A DNA stretch of 32,000 nucleotides. It comes from Zygophlyctis sp. KS116. Taxonomy: Eukaryota; Fungi; Chytridiomycota. The DNA lies in assembly GCA_054661495.1 (NCBI GenBank), contig BAAFSQ010000013.1:1-32000 (forward strand), given 5' to 3'. A program made the position numbers and the translations under genes. A model generated the notes under the pieces. The model searched no databases. It was not told where the DNA came from and was given only the letters and a program-made list of their open reading frames with translations. This document shows positions 11,621 through 23,018 of this stretch, in pieces. How positions within the stretch are numbered: position 1 is the stretch's first letter; the number at the start of each line of letters is the position of its first letter.

Positions 11621-13088
11621 ATGTCTACAAAGAAAACAGATAAGAGTCCCCATGAATCGACTATTTCTGATAAATCTCCAACAGACGAAGCTAGACGCGT
11701 ACCATTAACACAACTAATCGATAGAATCTCAGTACAGAATTAGAAGGAAACTCCAATAATAATCCAACCAATGTACAAGAAACTCAGCAGACAACAGAAA
11801 ATGATAAATACTCTGAAAGTGACAATTCACCTCCTTCTACTGACGAAATCAAGTTTTATTTAAAACAGCTATATCTAATTTTGAAGCCTGTAATTGGATG
11901 CATTATTTTATCAATTCTCTGGGTTAAGCTAGCTAATTCTCCAGAAGAAAATTGGAGCTATGGGTAGATTGCAGTTACTAAACCATTAGAATCAACGTGC
12001 CAACCGTAACTTCATCGGTTTCGGCAGGGCAAGCTTTCAATGGTGGCTCAGAGGCATCATCTTCAGATCAATTAACTGCTATAATTTTAGCCGGTACATT
12101 TATTGGAGTTATAGTGATTTTAACATTTTTACTACTATGCGTCTTCAAATACGGACGAATTGAAATCTTTTATGGGATAATTGTACTATCATTAAGTGTT
12201 GGATTGGGATATATTGGATCACAACTGGTCAATACTTTAATCAAATTCTTTAACACCCCTTTGGACTACATAACTCTAGTTTTTTGTTTGTATAATTTCT
12301 TGATAGGAGGACTTGCAATTACGTTTTATAAAGGATCATTATGGCTTCAGCAGATTTATTTAATCATACTTAGCAGTCTTATGGCATACAATTTTAGTAA
12401 TTTCCCTGCATTAGCAACATGGATCCTTTTAGGATTACTGGCAGTGTGGGATCTTATTGCTGTATTGTGTCCGTTTGGACCACTTAAATTGCTCATTGAA
12501 CATTCAAGGAAAGAAAACGTAGAAATTCAGGGCCTTTTATACGCTAGTAAGGACTTTAAAGTTAAAAATAGTAGCTGCATTATGGATGATGGCGTCAACG
12601 GACCAAGAAAACGGCAGAAATCATGATTCTATTGAAAGAAATCATGATTCGATAGAATTAAATGCTGTGCGTACACCAGATCCGAATAATAGTTTGGACA
12701 ATACAGCATTACCTGAAGAGGAAAACGTTCAAAGTGGACTCAAACTTGGGCTGGGAGATTTTGTTTTCTATAGCGTCCTTGTTGGAAGATCAGGTATATA
12801 ATATTTTAATAATATTTAGCATTATTTAATTGGATCACAACTGTATCATGTACAATTGCAGTCTTGTCTGGTCTAACAATGACAATTATATTACTGGTCC
12901 TCGCAAGACGTGCATTACCTGCTTTACCTATATCTATTGCATTTGGAATTTTATTTTATTTTGTAAGTGCAGTTGTGCTAGTTCCATTTGTGGCTAGTTT
13001 AACTCCACTCTCCGCAAAAATCCCTGTTAATCCTGAAAATGGCCTTTGGGTTGGACAAGGTCTTGGTTCTACAACATTTTATGTGTAA
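11621..13088 (+). CDS. PSEN: Presenilin (gamma-secretase catalytic subunit, peptidase A22A)
   Basis: TM6 LAVWDLIAVLCPFGPLKLLIE, TM7 KLGLGDFVFYSVLVGR, ALPALP motif and C-terminal FYV; four short introns. Confidence 0.93.
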
Positions 13089-13770
13089 CTGTTTCATTTG
13101 AAGCGCGGTATTGAGTTATTTTAGTCCAATCCATTTCCAATTGTGGCCATTTTTTTCGAATCCTTTGAATTGGAAAGCTTAGATCTTTATAAATATTTTT
13201 CTGAAAGTGTAAATAAGTCCTTAATAGTTTTTCATCCAATTTAATCTTGTATTTCTTGACAACATCTTTTTCTAGTTGGGTTCCCAATAGGAAATTTGTA
13301 GCATTTCCATACGCTCGTTTTCTTGATAACGCTTCAATGTAGGAAGTGCAAGTATTTGTATTGAATTTCCTACAAGCTTGCGTATGCCAATCTTCAATAA
13401 ACTTCCATTCAGAAATCAATTTATCAAGCGGAATATCTGAAAATCCAATCGTATCCAAGTAAATAGAAAATATCGAATCATGTGGAATTTTTGTAACCGG
13501 CGGCCTCAACTTTCTGATCCATTCAGGATGAACCGGCGCTTCAGCTTTTCCATAAGCAAATAATATATTTCTCCAGCCTTCTTTTGCCTTGTCGAAATCA
13601 TGTGCTAAGGAACAGCATTGCAGATAGTCCCCAAGATCAGATGTTGTCAATGCAGGTTTAGCATTTAAAATTGAGACTGTCGATGCAATGTCGCCTATGC
13701 TATTAAGTTCTTTAGTCAGAATACCTCTCTTTACTGCTAATCTTTTGAGGGTTTTTGGTTTTAAAATCAT
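13069..13770 (-). CDS. Hypothetical protein with PPR-like helical repeats, possibly mitochondrial
   Basis: Intronless 233 aa ORF; basic N-terminus; PHDSIFSIYLDTIG and NTNTCTSYIEALSRKRAYGNA resemble PPR motifs. Confidence 0.55.
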   Translation of the reverse strand: MILKPKTLKRLAVKRGILTKELNSIGDIASTVSILNAKPALTTSDLGDYLQCCSLAHDFDKAKEGWRNILFAYGKAEAPVHPEWIRKLRPPVTKIPHDSIFSIYLDTIGFSDIPLDKLISEWKFIEDWHTQACRKFNTNTCTSYIEALSRKRAYGNATNFLLGTQLEKDVVKKYKIKLDEKLLRTYLHFQKNIYKDLSFPIQRIRKKWPQLEMDWTKITQYRASNETVTHKML

Positions 13771-13784
13771 AAAAAGATAAAAAT

Positions 13785-16041
13785 TTATTGGTTCGAAAGG
13801 TCCAAATTGAAAGAAACATTTGTAGATTCCTCTGATTTATCAGTTTTATCAGAGATTTCATATGGGATGAAGGATTCAATCATGGATAAAATTGAATCGC
13901 AGAGTCCTAAAAGTCCGAATTGATCTAAAGATTTCCTATTTAACTGATTTTCTGCAAAAAGGATCTTGTCCTTTATCAATTTGGCAATCTGTTGCATCTA
14001 AAATTTATTGCATAGTAAGTATACCTGTCCACTATTTTCTACGGTTTTACCCGCTTCTAGTATGATTTGAATTGTTTCGGAAATACATTCATCATACATA
14101 GATTCTGGAATTATTAAAGCAAGACAAGGTATTCCACTTTCAGAGTCTCTTGCTAATTTAAGATCAAGTTCATAAACTTCATCAAAGAGTTTAAATTGAA
14201 ATGGATTTAGATCCAAGAGAACATCAGGATATAATTTAGATGCGATTCTTAGAATTTCAGGTGTGTAAATGATTCCACCAAAAGATAATTCATCAAACGG
14301 TTTGTCTCCTTCAATGTGATTGAGGTTCATGGGATGAATATACTTTAGCTGAGGGATATTAGACACTAAATTTCTTAAAACTATTGATCCATCAAGACTT
14401 TGTTGGGCATATTGGCTAGCTACAGATATTTCATTCAAGATATTCGACATCATTAGATTAATCGAGTTATCTAATGTTACAATTAAGTAATTACCAACTT
14501 TATAAATTTGAAAATTTATGTAAATTATTCCATTATTTGATATCATTTGTAAATAATTTAGATATTTCGTTGAGATTTTGGAGAAAATCTAGAATTTAAA
14601 TATTGAAAGTGTACAAAACGTGTTCCAAGATTTACAACAGAGGTTTTCCATTGATCAGACAGAGAATGGGGTTCAAAATATGGTTCAAATCGAAACATGC
14701 ATCCACGAAAAGGTTTATCTCCATCCCGGAAACAAAGATTAACATTTGGAAAATTCTGAAGATCACTTATAAATAAGTAGGTAGCCTCTCTGATCCTTTG
14801 CAGTTTCTTTTTTAAACATGGTACGCTTTCTAACTGCATCCAAGTCCAGCACCATAACAATCTCCACATTTCAGGATTATTGAAGAACATATCTTTTCCG
14901 TAACCAAGTCCTGCAATATCGTCTTGCTTGTCATTTTGTAGAATGTCAAATAGTTTAATATTATTGGATTTTGACCACGGCCCAAGATTATAGTTGGGTA
15001 ATAGTGATCTATGAATATCCCAGGGATTTTCGCAAAACAGCGTCTAGAGTTTTAAAACTTTCAGATTACCATTTTAGGAAGCATCATATCTGGATACCAT
15101 ATATCTAAATTAAGATCAAGGGAATCAAAAGACTTTGCCAAACCATTATCCAAGAAACAATAAAATAATGTATCAACTCCTTGTAAATGAGTCCAGCAGT
15201 TATTTTCTTTTTTTATCTCTGTAATTGATAAAAGATCATCGTGCTGATTACATAGTTCAGTACCGGCTCTACAAACAATTAATATTGGATGTATTCCTGC
15301 GATTTTATCAGCTTCAATTATATCTCTTAGGTTTTTTGAGTCAATCTGATTCCTTCCAAATTCGTTAGGGATAAGTCTAATAGTCAGTGAAATATCCTTT
15401 GGGAGTAAAAATTCCGGATAATGTGTATTATTCCATGTGCCACAATCATCCTGAGGAATATAAATAGCACCTTTCTTAAAATCAGGTGATTTTTTCATCA
15501 TGCTGTTAAGAGCTAATCGAATCACTACTATTGAGTAGAGAAATAAAATACCCAAAAAATTTGAAATTACTAAATCACCAAAAAAAGAAGTTGGATCATG
15601 GTTGATAAATGTATAAACACTCTGAGCAGATAATGCTTTTTTGAAAAAGTCATTTAGCATTTCAGTAATTCGATTCGTCATTGAATTTTGCGCCGCTGTA
15701 GAACCTGCAACAAGTCCGGACAACTGAATGAAAAATGTTTGTAACCGCATATTTTTCTCCATTCCCGTAGATAATTGCGCAAACTCTGGTGTAATCCAAT
15801 CAGAAAATCTAGAAATTATTTCTGCAAAGTCTGTTTTCTGGATACGAAACTGTGATGATTCGTCCAATGCGACAGACGTAAGAAATAAGATAATCGTGTC
15901 GTACAAGGTTTTGTGTTGAAAGTCTTTGGATACATCCAATCCGCTTAAAACGCCATTGAAACTTTCGGTTACAGTAGAAACAGTAGAAGTAGATGATTCT
16001 AAGATTTTAGAATCCGCGAGATGGGAGCTGTCAATAATCAT
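13785..16041 (-). CDS. PDXDC1: PDXDC1-like group II PLP-dependent decarboxylase-domain protein
   Basis: Four ORF pieces joined by short introns (e.g. 15044-15069). PILIVCRAGT...DDL...CWTHLQG is the group II decarboxylase core; the tail VENSGQMQQIAKLIKDKILFAENQL resembles the PDXDC1 C-terminal helix. Confidence 0.75.
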
Positions 16042-16126
16042 GCTGGTTTGTACAGGAACACGGTAACGGGAAGATGACACGCCAAAAAACACCGAAATTA
16101 GTACTCAGAGTCTCTATTATATAAAT

Positions 16127-17567
16127 TCAATATGCTCCATCTTTAGATATCGATTGAACAATCTCTAGCCCTCGATGTCCATACAATGGGTTTACATCAA
16201 AAGATCGTTCTTCCGCAATTTTAGTTGCAATCTAAAATACTGTCATTTTAGTTTAAGATACCTCATGTGTCGTTTTTTCAGTGTCTGATGATTCCTTCAT
16301 AATTTTTTGTGATAAATTGTAGACAGAATTGTCCCATTTTCTTCCTAAATGTCTTTCAAACTTTGGATCATTCTTTAAAGTTCCAAGATGTTCATCCGCA
16401 CAATTTACAATCCCCATTCGATTTACTAAAAAGTCGGGTAAATACATAATTCCTCTACTCTTTAATAGTTTATCATCAGTTTGAGGGTTATTAAGTTGGT
16501 TATTTGCAGCTCCAACAACAATTTTCGCCTTTATTTTAGGGATTGTTGTTTCATTTAAAATACCACCTTAAATTCAAGAAATTAAATATACCTACTGCGC
16601 AGGGACAACAAGCATCAGCTTCATTGTATAAAACAGAAAAATCATCTTTTCCAACAACTTGAAGCTCAAAATTATAATCCTTGAATTCATCACGAATCTG
16701 TTGAGCTATTCCAGACGGATCTACGTCTGAAGCAATCACTTTATAAACACCTCTTTCAAATAGATGGTTTACTAAAAGAGATCCAACGTGACCAACTATA
16801 TGATTTAAAAAATCTGTGAATACCTCCTTGTACAACAATAGTTGATCCCTTTAAAGGTTTATTCATGAAATCGAATGCAGCTTCTAATGCTACCAATACT
16901 CCAAGAGCAGTTGGAATCGCAGGTATTCCAGAACCTCCTAAAGAAGTAGGAATACAAGTAGTGAATCTTGTTTTTGAAAAAATAACTTGCATATCCTCCA
17001 AAGTTGTACCAACATCTTCAGCCGTGACATAACAACCGTGTAAACTAGTCATAAATTCACCATAATCCAGATAAATAAGTTTACGAACATCCTTATCCAT
17101 AGGATCCATCAAACTTTTCCCTGAATTTCTAGCAACTATATTTCCATTAGACATAACTAGATCATACCAACACCCTTACCACCTCCCCACCAAAGTCCTG
17201 CTAATGCATTCTTTAAAGTCATTCCTTTTGATAACCTGAGACCTTCACGAAAAAAAGCCTCAATAGAATCATAATACCAATTTCTTACTCCACCAGCACC
17301 TGGGCCTCTACATGATCTATGAACAAATGCTGATAACAGTACCCCACTTCTTGGACCTACTCCTAAAAACGCACCTTCGTGATTGTCTAAGACTAAGAAA
17401 TAATAAGAGTTACCAAAATCTTTAGAATCATTATTGAAATGATGAGCGATTGGCTCTAAAAATTCATGAGAAGCTATCCACTTATTATCATTGACTGTGA
17501 AATGAACACGATCCACTTTTTTAGACTGCAAAAGGGAAATAAACTGATCGGGACTCAAATTCAACAT
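16127..17567 (-). CDS. Glu/Leu/Phe/Val (leucine dehydrogenase-like) amino-acid dehydrogenase
   Basis: GPGAGGVR, LRLSKGMTLKNALAGLWWGGGKG, YVTAEDVGTT, PTALGV, QG|VGHVG nucleotide-binding loop, PCAVG, YLPDFLVN; several short introns. Confidence 0.9.
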
Positions 17568-17685
17568 TTACCAACCTAGCTCCTAATCTCTAAAATTGTC
17601 AATCTTTGATCAGTTGCAAATTTGCCAACAATCTGATCACTAGGAATTAGTTAGGCTATGGCCCTAAAAATTTAAAAAAAGTGTG

Positions 17686-18215
17686 ATGTTGCTCTACGAA
17701 GATATTATTTCAGGAGATGAGATGGTCAGCGATGGCTTCAAGATTATTGAAGTGGACGACATCGCATATGAAGTCAATTGTCGAATGCTTGTTGTTAAGG
17801 AAGGGGAAGTAGATATTGGTGCAAATGCTTCCGCCGAAGAAGAACTAGAGGCTTTGGAAGATGGTGCAGTAACTGTAAACGATGTAGTGCATAGTTTCAG
17901 ATTGCAATCAACATCCTTTGATAAGAAGGCTTACATGACTTACATTAAGGGATACATGAAGTCTGTCAAGAAATATTTGGAGGAAAATAAACCTGATCGA
18001 GTTCCAATCTTTGAAGAGAAAGTCAAGGATTTCGTTAAGAAAATATTAGGAAATTTCGGTGATTATGAATTCTACACTGGTGAATCAATGAATCCAGACG
18101 GAGCTGTTGCTCTCTTGTATGTTTTTTTAAGTAATAATTTAGAAATTATCGGGAAGATGGAGTTACACCATTCTTAACATTCTTTAAAGATGGACTTAAA
18201 GAAGTTAAACTTTAA
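17686..18215 (+). CDS. TMA19: Translationally controlled tumour protein (TCTP/Tma19)
   Basis: MLLYEDIISGDEMVSD, DIGANASAEE, FDKKAYMTYIKGYMK, FYTGESMNPDG; one short intron gives NYREDGVTPFLTFFKDGLKEVKL-stop. Confidence 0.97.
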
Positions 18216-18296
18216 TAAAGCGGTTATGTTAAAAATCTATTTTAGGCATTTAACGGCGTTTATTTAGCCGTTGAGGGTGTTAAAAATAGCTTAATA

Positions 18297-20622
18297 ATGA
18301 ATCATCAATCTTCCAGCGATGATTCTGAAAACATTACTAGCTTTGCTGAAACTGCATTTGGATTTTTAGAATCTCAGAGTACTAATACTACTGACGGGAT
18401 AAATGAACTTAGATTGGTAGATGGTCCTGATTCGGATGCCTTGAAGGGGAAAGGTGTTCATGAGCAGGGATCTTTGGATCTTAGTCTGGATAAAGATTTG
18501 AAAATACAAGATGTTGAACCAATTGATCTTCAAGAAAATGCAGCTGGATCAGAAGCACAAGTCTGGATTGATTTTGATGAAACCTCATTGGGAATTGCGT
18601 CTCCGGATTTGTATCTTATTGCAGAAAATGATTATAGTTGGGGGCCTCAAGCAAGATCTTCGATTATGCATAATCCTCTAGTATATGAAATTCCGTTTAG
18701 TCCTATAACTGGTGAAATTATTGCCGAAGACCCTGAATCAGTGTACAATAATCTACTAGATGAAAGCAATATTCTACTAGATGGCAGAATTACTGTTATA
18801 AATGATCTTTCAATTGCAAATGACTCTGCTCTGATTTACGATCCCCAAGTGTTGTATAGCCCTTCAATGGAGGACAGCTCACAAGCTTTATACAATCCTC
18901 TAATCGTTGAAAACCCACAAGCTTTATACAATACTTCAATCTATTATCATTCTCAAGCTGTGTACACCCAGCCAATCACTGAAAGATCTCAAGCTACTAT
19001 CAATACGCTAGTCGTTGAAAGCAGTCAATCTTTATACAATCCTTCACTGTATTATCATACACAAGCTCCATATAACATTCCATTTGCTCAAAGCTCTGAA
19101 GTAGAATATGTTCCTCCACCAATTGAAAAATCACCAATCGCAAATTATGTGCCATTAATTGAAAATGATAAAGCTAGATTCAATCCGCAAATTATAGAGG
19201 TCGGTGGTTCAAGAGAATCTGAGAATCAAGTTTTAGCTCAGATAAACATCAATCCTACGGGAGTACCGCAACCTATAACCAATAATGCAGATATATCAAA
19301 TTTTGGGAATTCTTTTCAAACGAATACATTTTTTGTTCCACATGCTTATTTTCCCCAGACTGGCAACATAACTCATCGGGCAGCTGATTGGCAAACCTCA
19401 TCTCAAGATGATGCTTATTATAATAATATGAGACTTATAAATTGGAATGGAATGCAATTGGTAACAGAAGATAAAAAAACAAACGTCGCAAGCAAACGTT
19501 ACAGTGAAAATTACTCGGCAGGACCTGAATATCTCAATCAGCAGAAATTGAAAAAAAGGAATACATTGCCTCATTTTCTTAATTCCGAAACATTAAGAAT
19601 ATCAAACGCAAAAACCGCTAGGAATTCCTTCAATTTACCAAATACAGCTAACCAAAGAAATTCGAGGCAGTCGATGATATTACCAGCTGCTGCTGCTTCA
19701 CATATTTCAGCCCGAGATAGAGCCTCTGGTATTATGCCCAAAGATCGTGTTTCAATTACCAGATCTTTACTACCACCACCGCCGATCGATAAAACTCAGA
19801 AAACGGATACCTCAGCGCCACCAGAAATTGACAGAAAGAGCAGTAAATCGAATAGTAAATCTAAGAAATGTTGCTGTTGTTTTCCGGCAACTAAACGTGG
19901 AGTAACATATTGTGTCATTCTGACACTTTTGATTCTAGGTGTACTAGCTGGAACTGGTTACTATTTGTTTCCAAGGTAAATTCAACTTAGTTTGCTCATT
20001 TGTAGAACGCCTGAATTTACGCCCAAACTTTTAAGATCAAATGATTTTCAAGAAAATGGTTTGAATATCACGAGAACTTCAAATGATTTCATTGCAACTA
20101 TGTATCTTGTGATGAACGTTTCAGTTTACAATCCTAATCCATATGAGCTCACTATAAGGGAGCTAGAACTAAAGGTACATTACTTTTGATCTAATTATTT
20201 TCTAGGCATCTCTGCAGCCAAACGCCAGTTCATTAGCAAATAGTGGACTTTCAGGAACGGATGGATTAACTAAAGATACGATAATCCCCTCTACTGTTGT
20301 TGGAACTGGTTCGACCGGCTTGCAGATTTTCCCAGCGGGATCTACAACTAGTTTCACCTTTCCAGTTACCATCAAGTTGACTGCAGCCGACTTTTTATCA
20401 AATCCATATCTGAGGCCGGATATTCTACAAACATGTGCTGCTGATCAGGATGGCAAGTTTGCTAGAAGGTTTACGTTTGTATATGTTGTTACTTTACGGA
20501 ACGATTTCCTTGAAATATTTCGACAAACACCCACGATCACTTCCACTTCGTCTGTTCTTTGTCCCCTTAATAAAAATCAAACGGAATTCCTACAGAATCA
20601 ACTTCTTAGCTTGAAGATTTAA
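18297..20622 (+). CDS. Single-pass membrane protein with Cys cluster and LEA_2-like domain, paralog 1 (long low-complexity N-terminus)
   Basis: KKCCCCFP, TM helix, FPR|TPEF, NVSVYNPNPYELTI, C-terminal Cys pair; two short introns. Confidence 0.75.
18843..19202 (+). repeat. Degenerate 36-bp (12-aa) coding tandem repeat, about 10 units
   Basis: PQVLYSPSMEDS/SQALYNPLIVEN/PQALYNTSIYYH/SQAVYTQPITER/SQATINTLVVES/SQSLYNPSLYYH/TQAPYNIPFAQS/SEVEYVPPPIEK/SPIANYVPLIEN/DKARFNPQIIEV. Confidence 0.75.
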
Positions 20623-20727
20623 ATATTGATTTTAAATAGACTTGTTATTTCTAGACTAAGTAATCTAAATTTAGCCACATGCCGCACTTTCGTCCGGCAC
20701 CTGTTCCACTTAAAGAATTTAAAACAA

Positions 20728-22022
20728 ATGAATAGAAGAAATGTCGATTCTGAATTCTTTGATGATGATTCATCTACTAATTTTATATCTGGCTACTATG
20801 AGAGCTCAACAGGTAAAGATGCCAGCTCCGAATACTTTCAATCCAATGGCAAAAACAGGAGCAATCGGCAAACCAATGCAACACTGGGTAATCTATTAGA
20901 AAACTATGAAGATGAACCAAGCAGACCTGAATCATTCTTTAATGAGTCTGACATTTATCCAGGCTCATTACCCAATTATGATGATGCCACTGAAGGAGTA
21001 GAAAAGCAAGTAGCTAATTTAAAATATGTTGAATCTCCCAAACCATTATATGATCCTTTTCAATCTAAAGGTATGGTTCAAGCACCATCTACTGCAGTAA
21101 TGATGACACCGGTACTTTTAGAGCAGCGGAATCATCATACCCGAAATCCTAGTAATAAGCAAAATACAAATACTCCTCGAAATGAACCAGTATCTAAAAA
21201 TGTAGATCATCGAATCAAAGAACTTAAGATGGAAATCAATAATTTGGATCATGAAATAGCAAAGGACGAAAAAAAAACCGGTAAATCAAGGGGTGGATTT
21301 TGCTATTGCTGTCCGACTACTCGAAGGGGGAAATTCGCCCTTTTTACACTCATCACAATTATAGTGGGCATTCTTGCTGTGGCAGTTTACTTCTTATGGC
21401 CAAAAGTACCAGAATTTAAAGTTAAGAGTCTACAAAGTTACAAGGACGGCCCAAAACCCAATATTGATTTGTTAAATTTTCGAATTTTATTCGCTCTGAA
21501 TCTAACTGTTGATGTAACAAACGAAAATCGTTATGCAATTCTCACTGATTCTATAGTAATGACGGTAAATTATTATAACTTAAAAATTAGGCATATATAT
21601 CTCCAAATATGAGTGCGATAAGAACCACAAAATTCCCTGGAAACCTTTTAACAGGGAAAGTTGATGATCATCGAGTAGGAAAAGCAAGTTTATTTTCCAG
21701 TAAATTCCTACCTGGTACTAAAAAAACACTATATTTGAACTTTACTATAGACTTTATTCCAGATGCTGAACTTGGTATTTCACAAGACCCTGCGATTGGT
21801 GAACTATTAAGAATCTGTGTAAAGGAAGGTCGAGACAAAAAACTTCAAATGAAAATTGTATATGAAGTTGAAATTAAAATTGGATTTTTATCAAAACTTG
21901 GAATTTTCCCAAAAATAACAGATGAAGTCAATATTGGTTGCCCATTAGGTGAAGCAACTTCGGAAGATCTATCTCGAGAATTCTCAAAGATCTCTCAGGG
22001 AAATTCGAATAGTGAATTATAA
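20728..22022 (+). CDS. Single-pass membrane protein with Cys cluster and LEA_2-like domain, paralog 2
   Basis: FCYCCP, TM helix, WPKVPEF, VDVTNENRYAI, 26-nt intron 21565-21590, DPAIGELLRIC, IGCPL. Confidence 0.78.
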
Positions 22023-22059
22023 ACTTAATAAGAATTTGTAAATTGAAAATTTTTTTGCA

Positions 22060-22927
22060 ATGCGAGCCATTCCCAGTGGACAAGTCCCCCATGCAACTCT
22101 TCCGGATGCAACTCCTGATTCAAATGCATTAGATTCCAGAGGCTCAGTTCAAGTATTTCCTTCAAGTACAAAAGAGGCAAAAGACCGAAATGATTCTAAA
22201 AAGTGCAGATGTTGTCCTCAATCTAGATCCGGTCGGATCATTTTGATATCTACCATTGTAGCATTGATTGTCCTGATTGTTTGCCTTTGTTATTTTTATG
22301 TTCCAAGAATACCTCAATTCAAAGTCTTATATGTGCAAGTAAGACCAGTAAATGGAGATATTCCATTAAATATTACTCAGAATTCTGCAAATCCTCTAGA
22401 TATATCTTTAAAGTTACCGATTTTCATGGGTATCTCTGTGATAAACCCAAATAGCTATGATCTAACAGTAGATACTTTTGATTTAACTGTATTTAATTTA
22501 AATGTAATATTAGGCATATATACAACCGAATTTTACAGAATTAAGTGGAAGTGGATTACCAGGATCATTAATAGTGTCTGCAAATAATAATCCTGCAAAG
22601 AAGGTTGGATATAGTAGTTATGGATCAAGAATTTTTAATGGAAATAACTTTAATACTACATTTGAAATACAAGTTATATTAGATTATACCCCCGATGCAT
22701 CACTAGGATTACTTAATGATCCTGCATTTGGAGAATTACTTCAAGTTTGTGGGATAAAGGGAACAGCTTCAGTTAGTCGGACAATGTTGATAAAGTATGA
22801 TGTAGGTATTTCTATATCATTTCTATCAAATCTTGGAATTAAACCAATCTTACCAAATAATGTAGGAATAAAATGTCCATTGACACCGACAAAGATTCAG
22901 GAATTGACTAATAAATTGGGAATTTAA
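22060..22927 (+). CDS. Single-pass membrane protein with Cys cluster and LEA_2-like domain, paralog 3
   Basis: KCRCCP, TM helix, VPRIPQF, ISVINPNSYDLTV, 25-nt intron 22489-22513, DPAFGELLQVC, IKCPL. Confidence 0.78.
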
Positions 22928-23018
22928 AAAACTTTAGTTTTAATGCATGTGTTAACTTATAGATTAGCGACTTAGAGATCAATATCCCGGTTCAATTTAT
23001 TTTGAAATTTTATCCAAA

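Noticed and set aside
12616-12657. 21-nt tandem duplication in the presenilin loop (RNHDSIE x2)
   Set aside because: Ordinary in-frame micro-duplication in a variable loop.
13785-14890. Three separate small genes or an antizyme-like frameshift gene
   Set aside because: They join by short introns into the C-terminal half of the PDXDC1-like gene.
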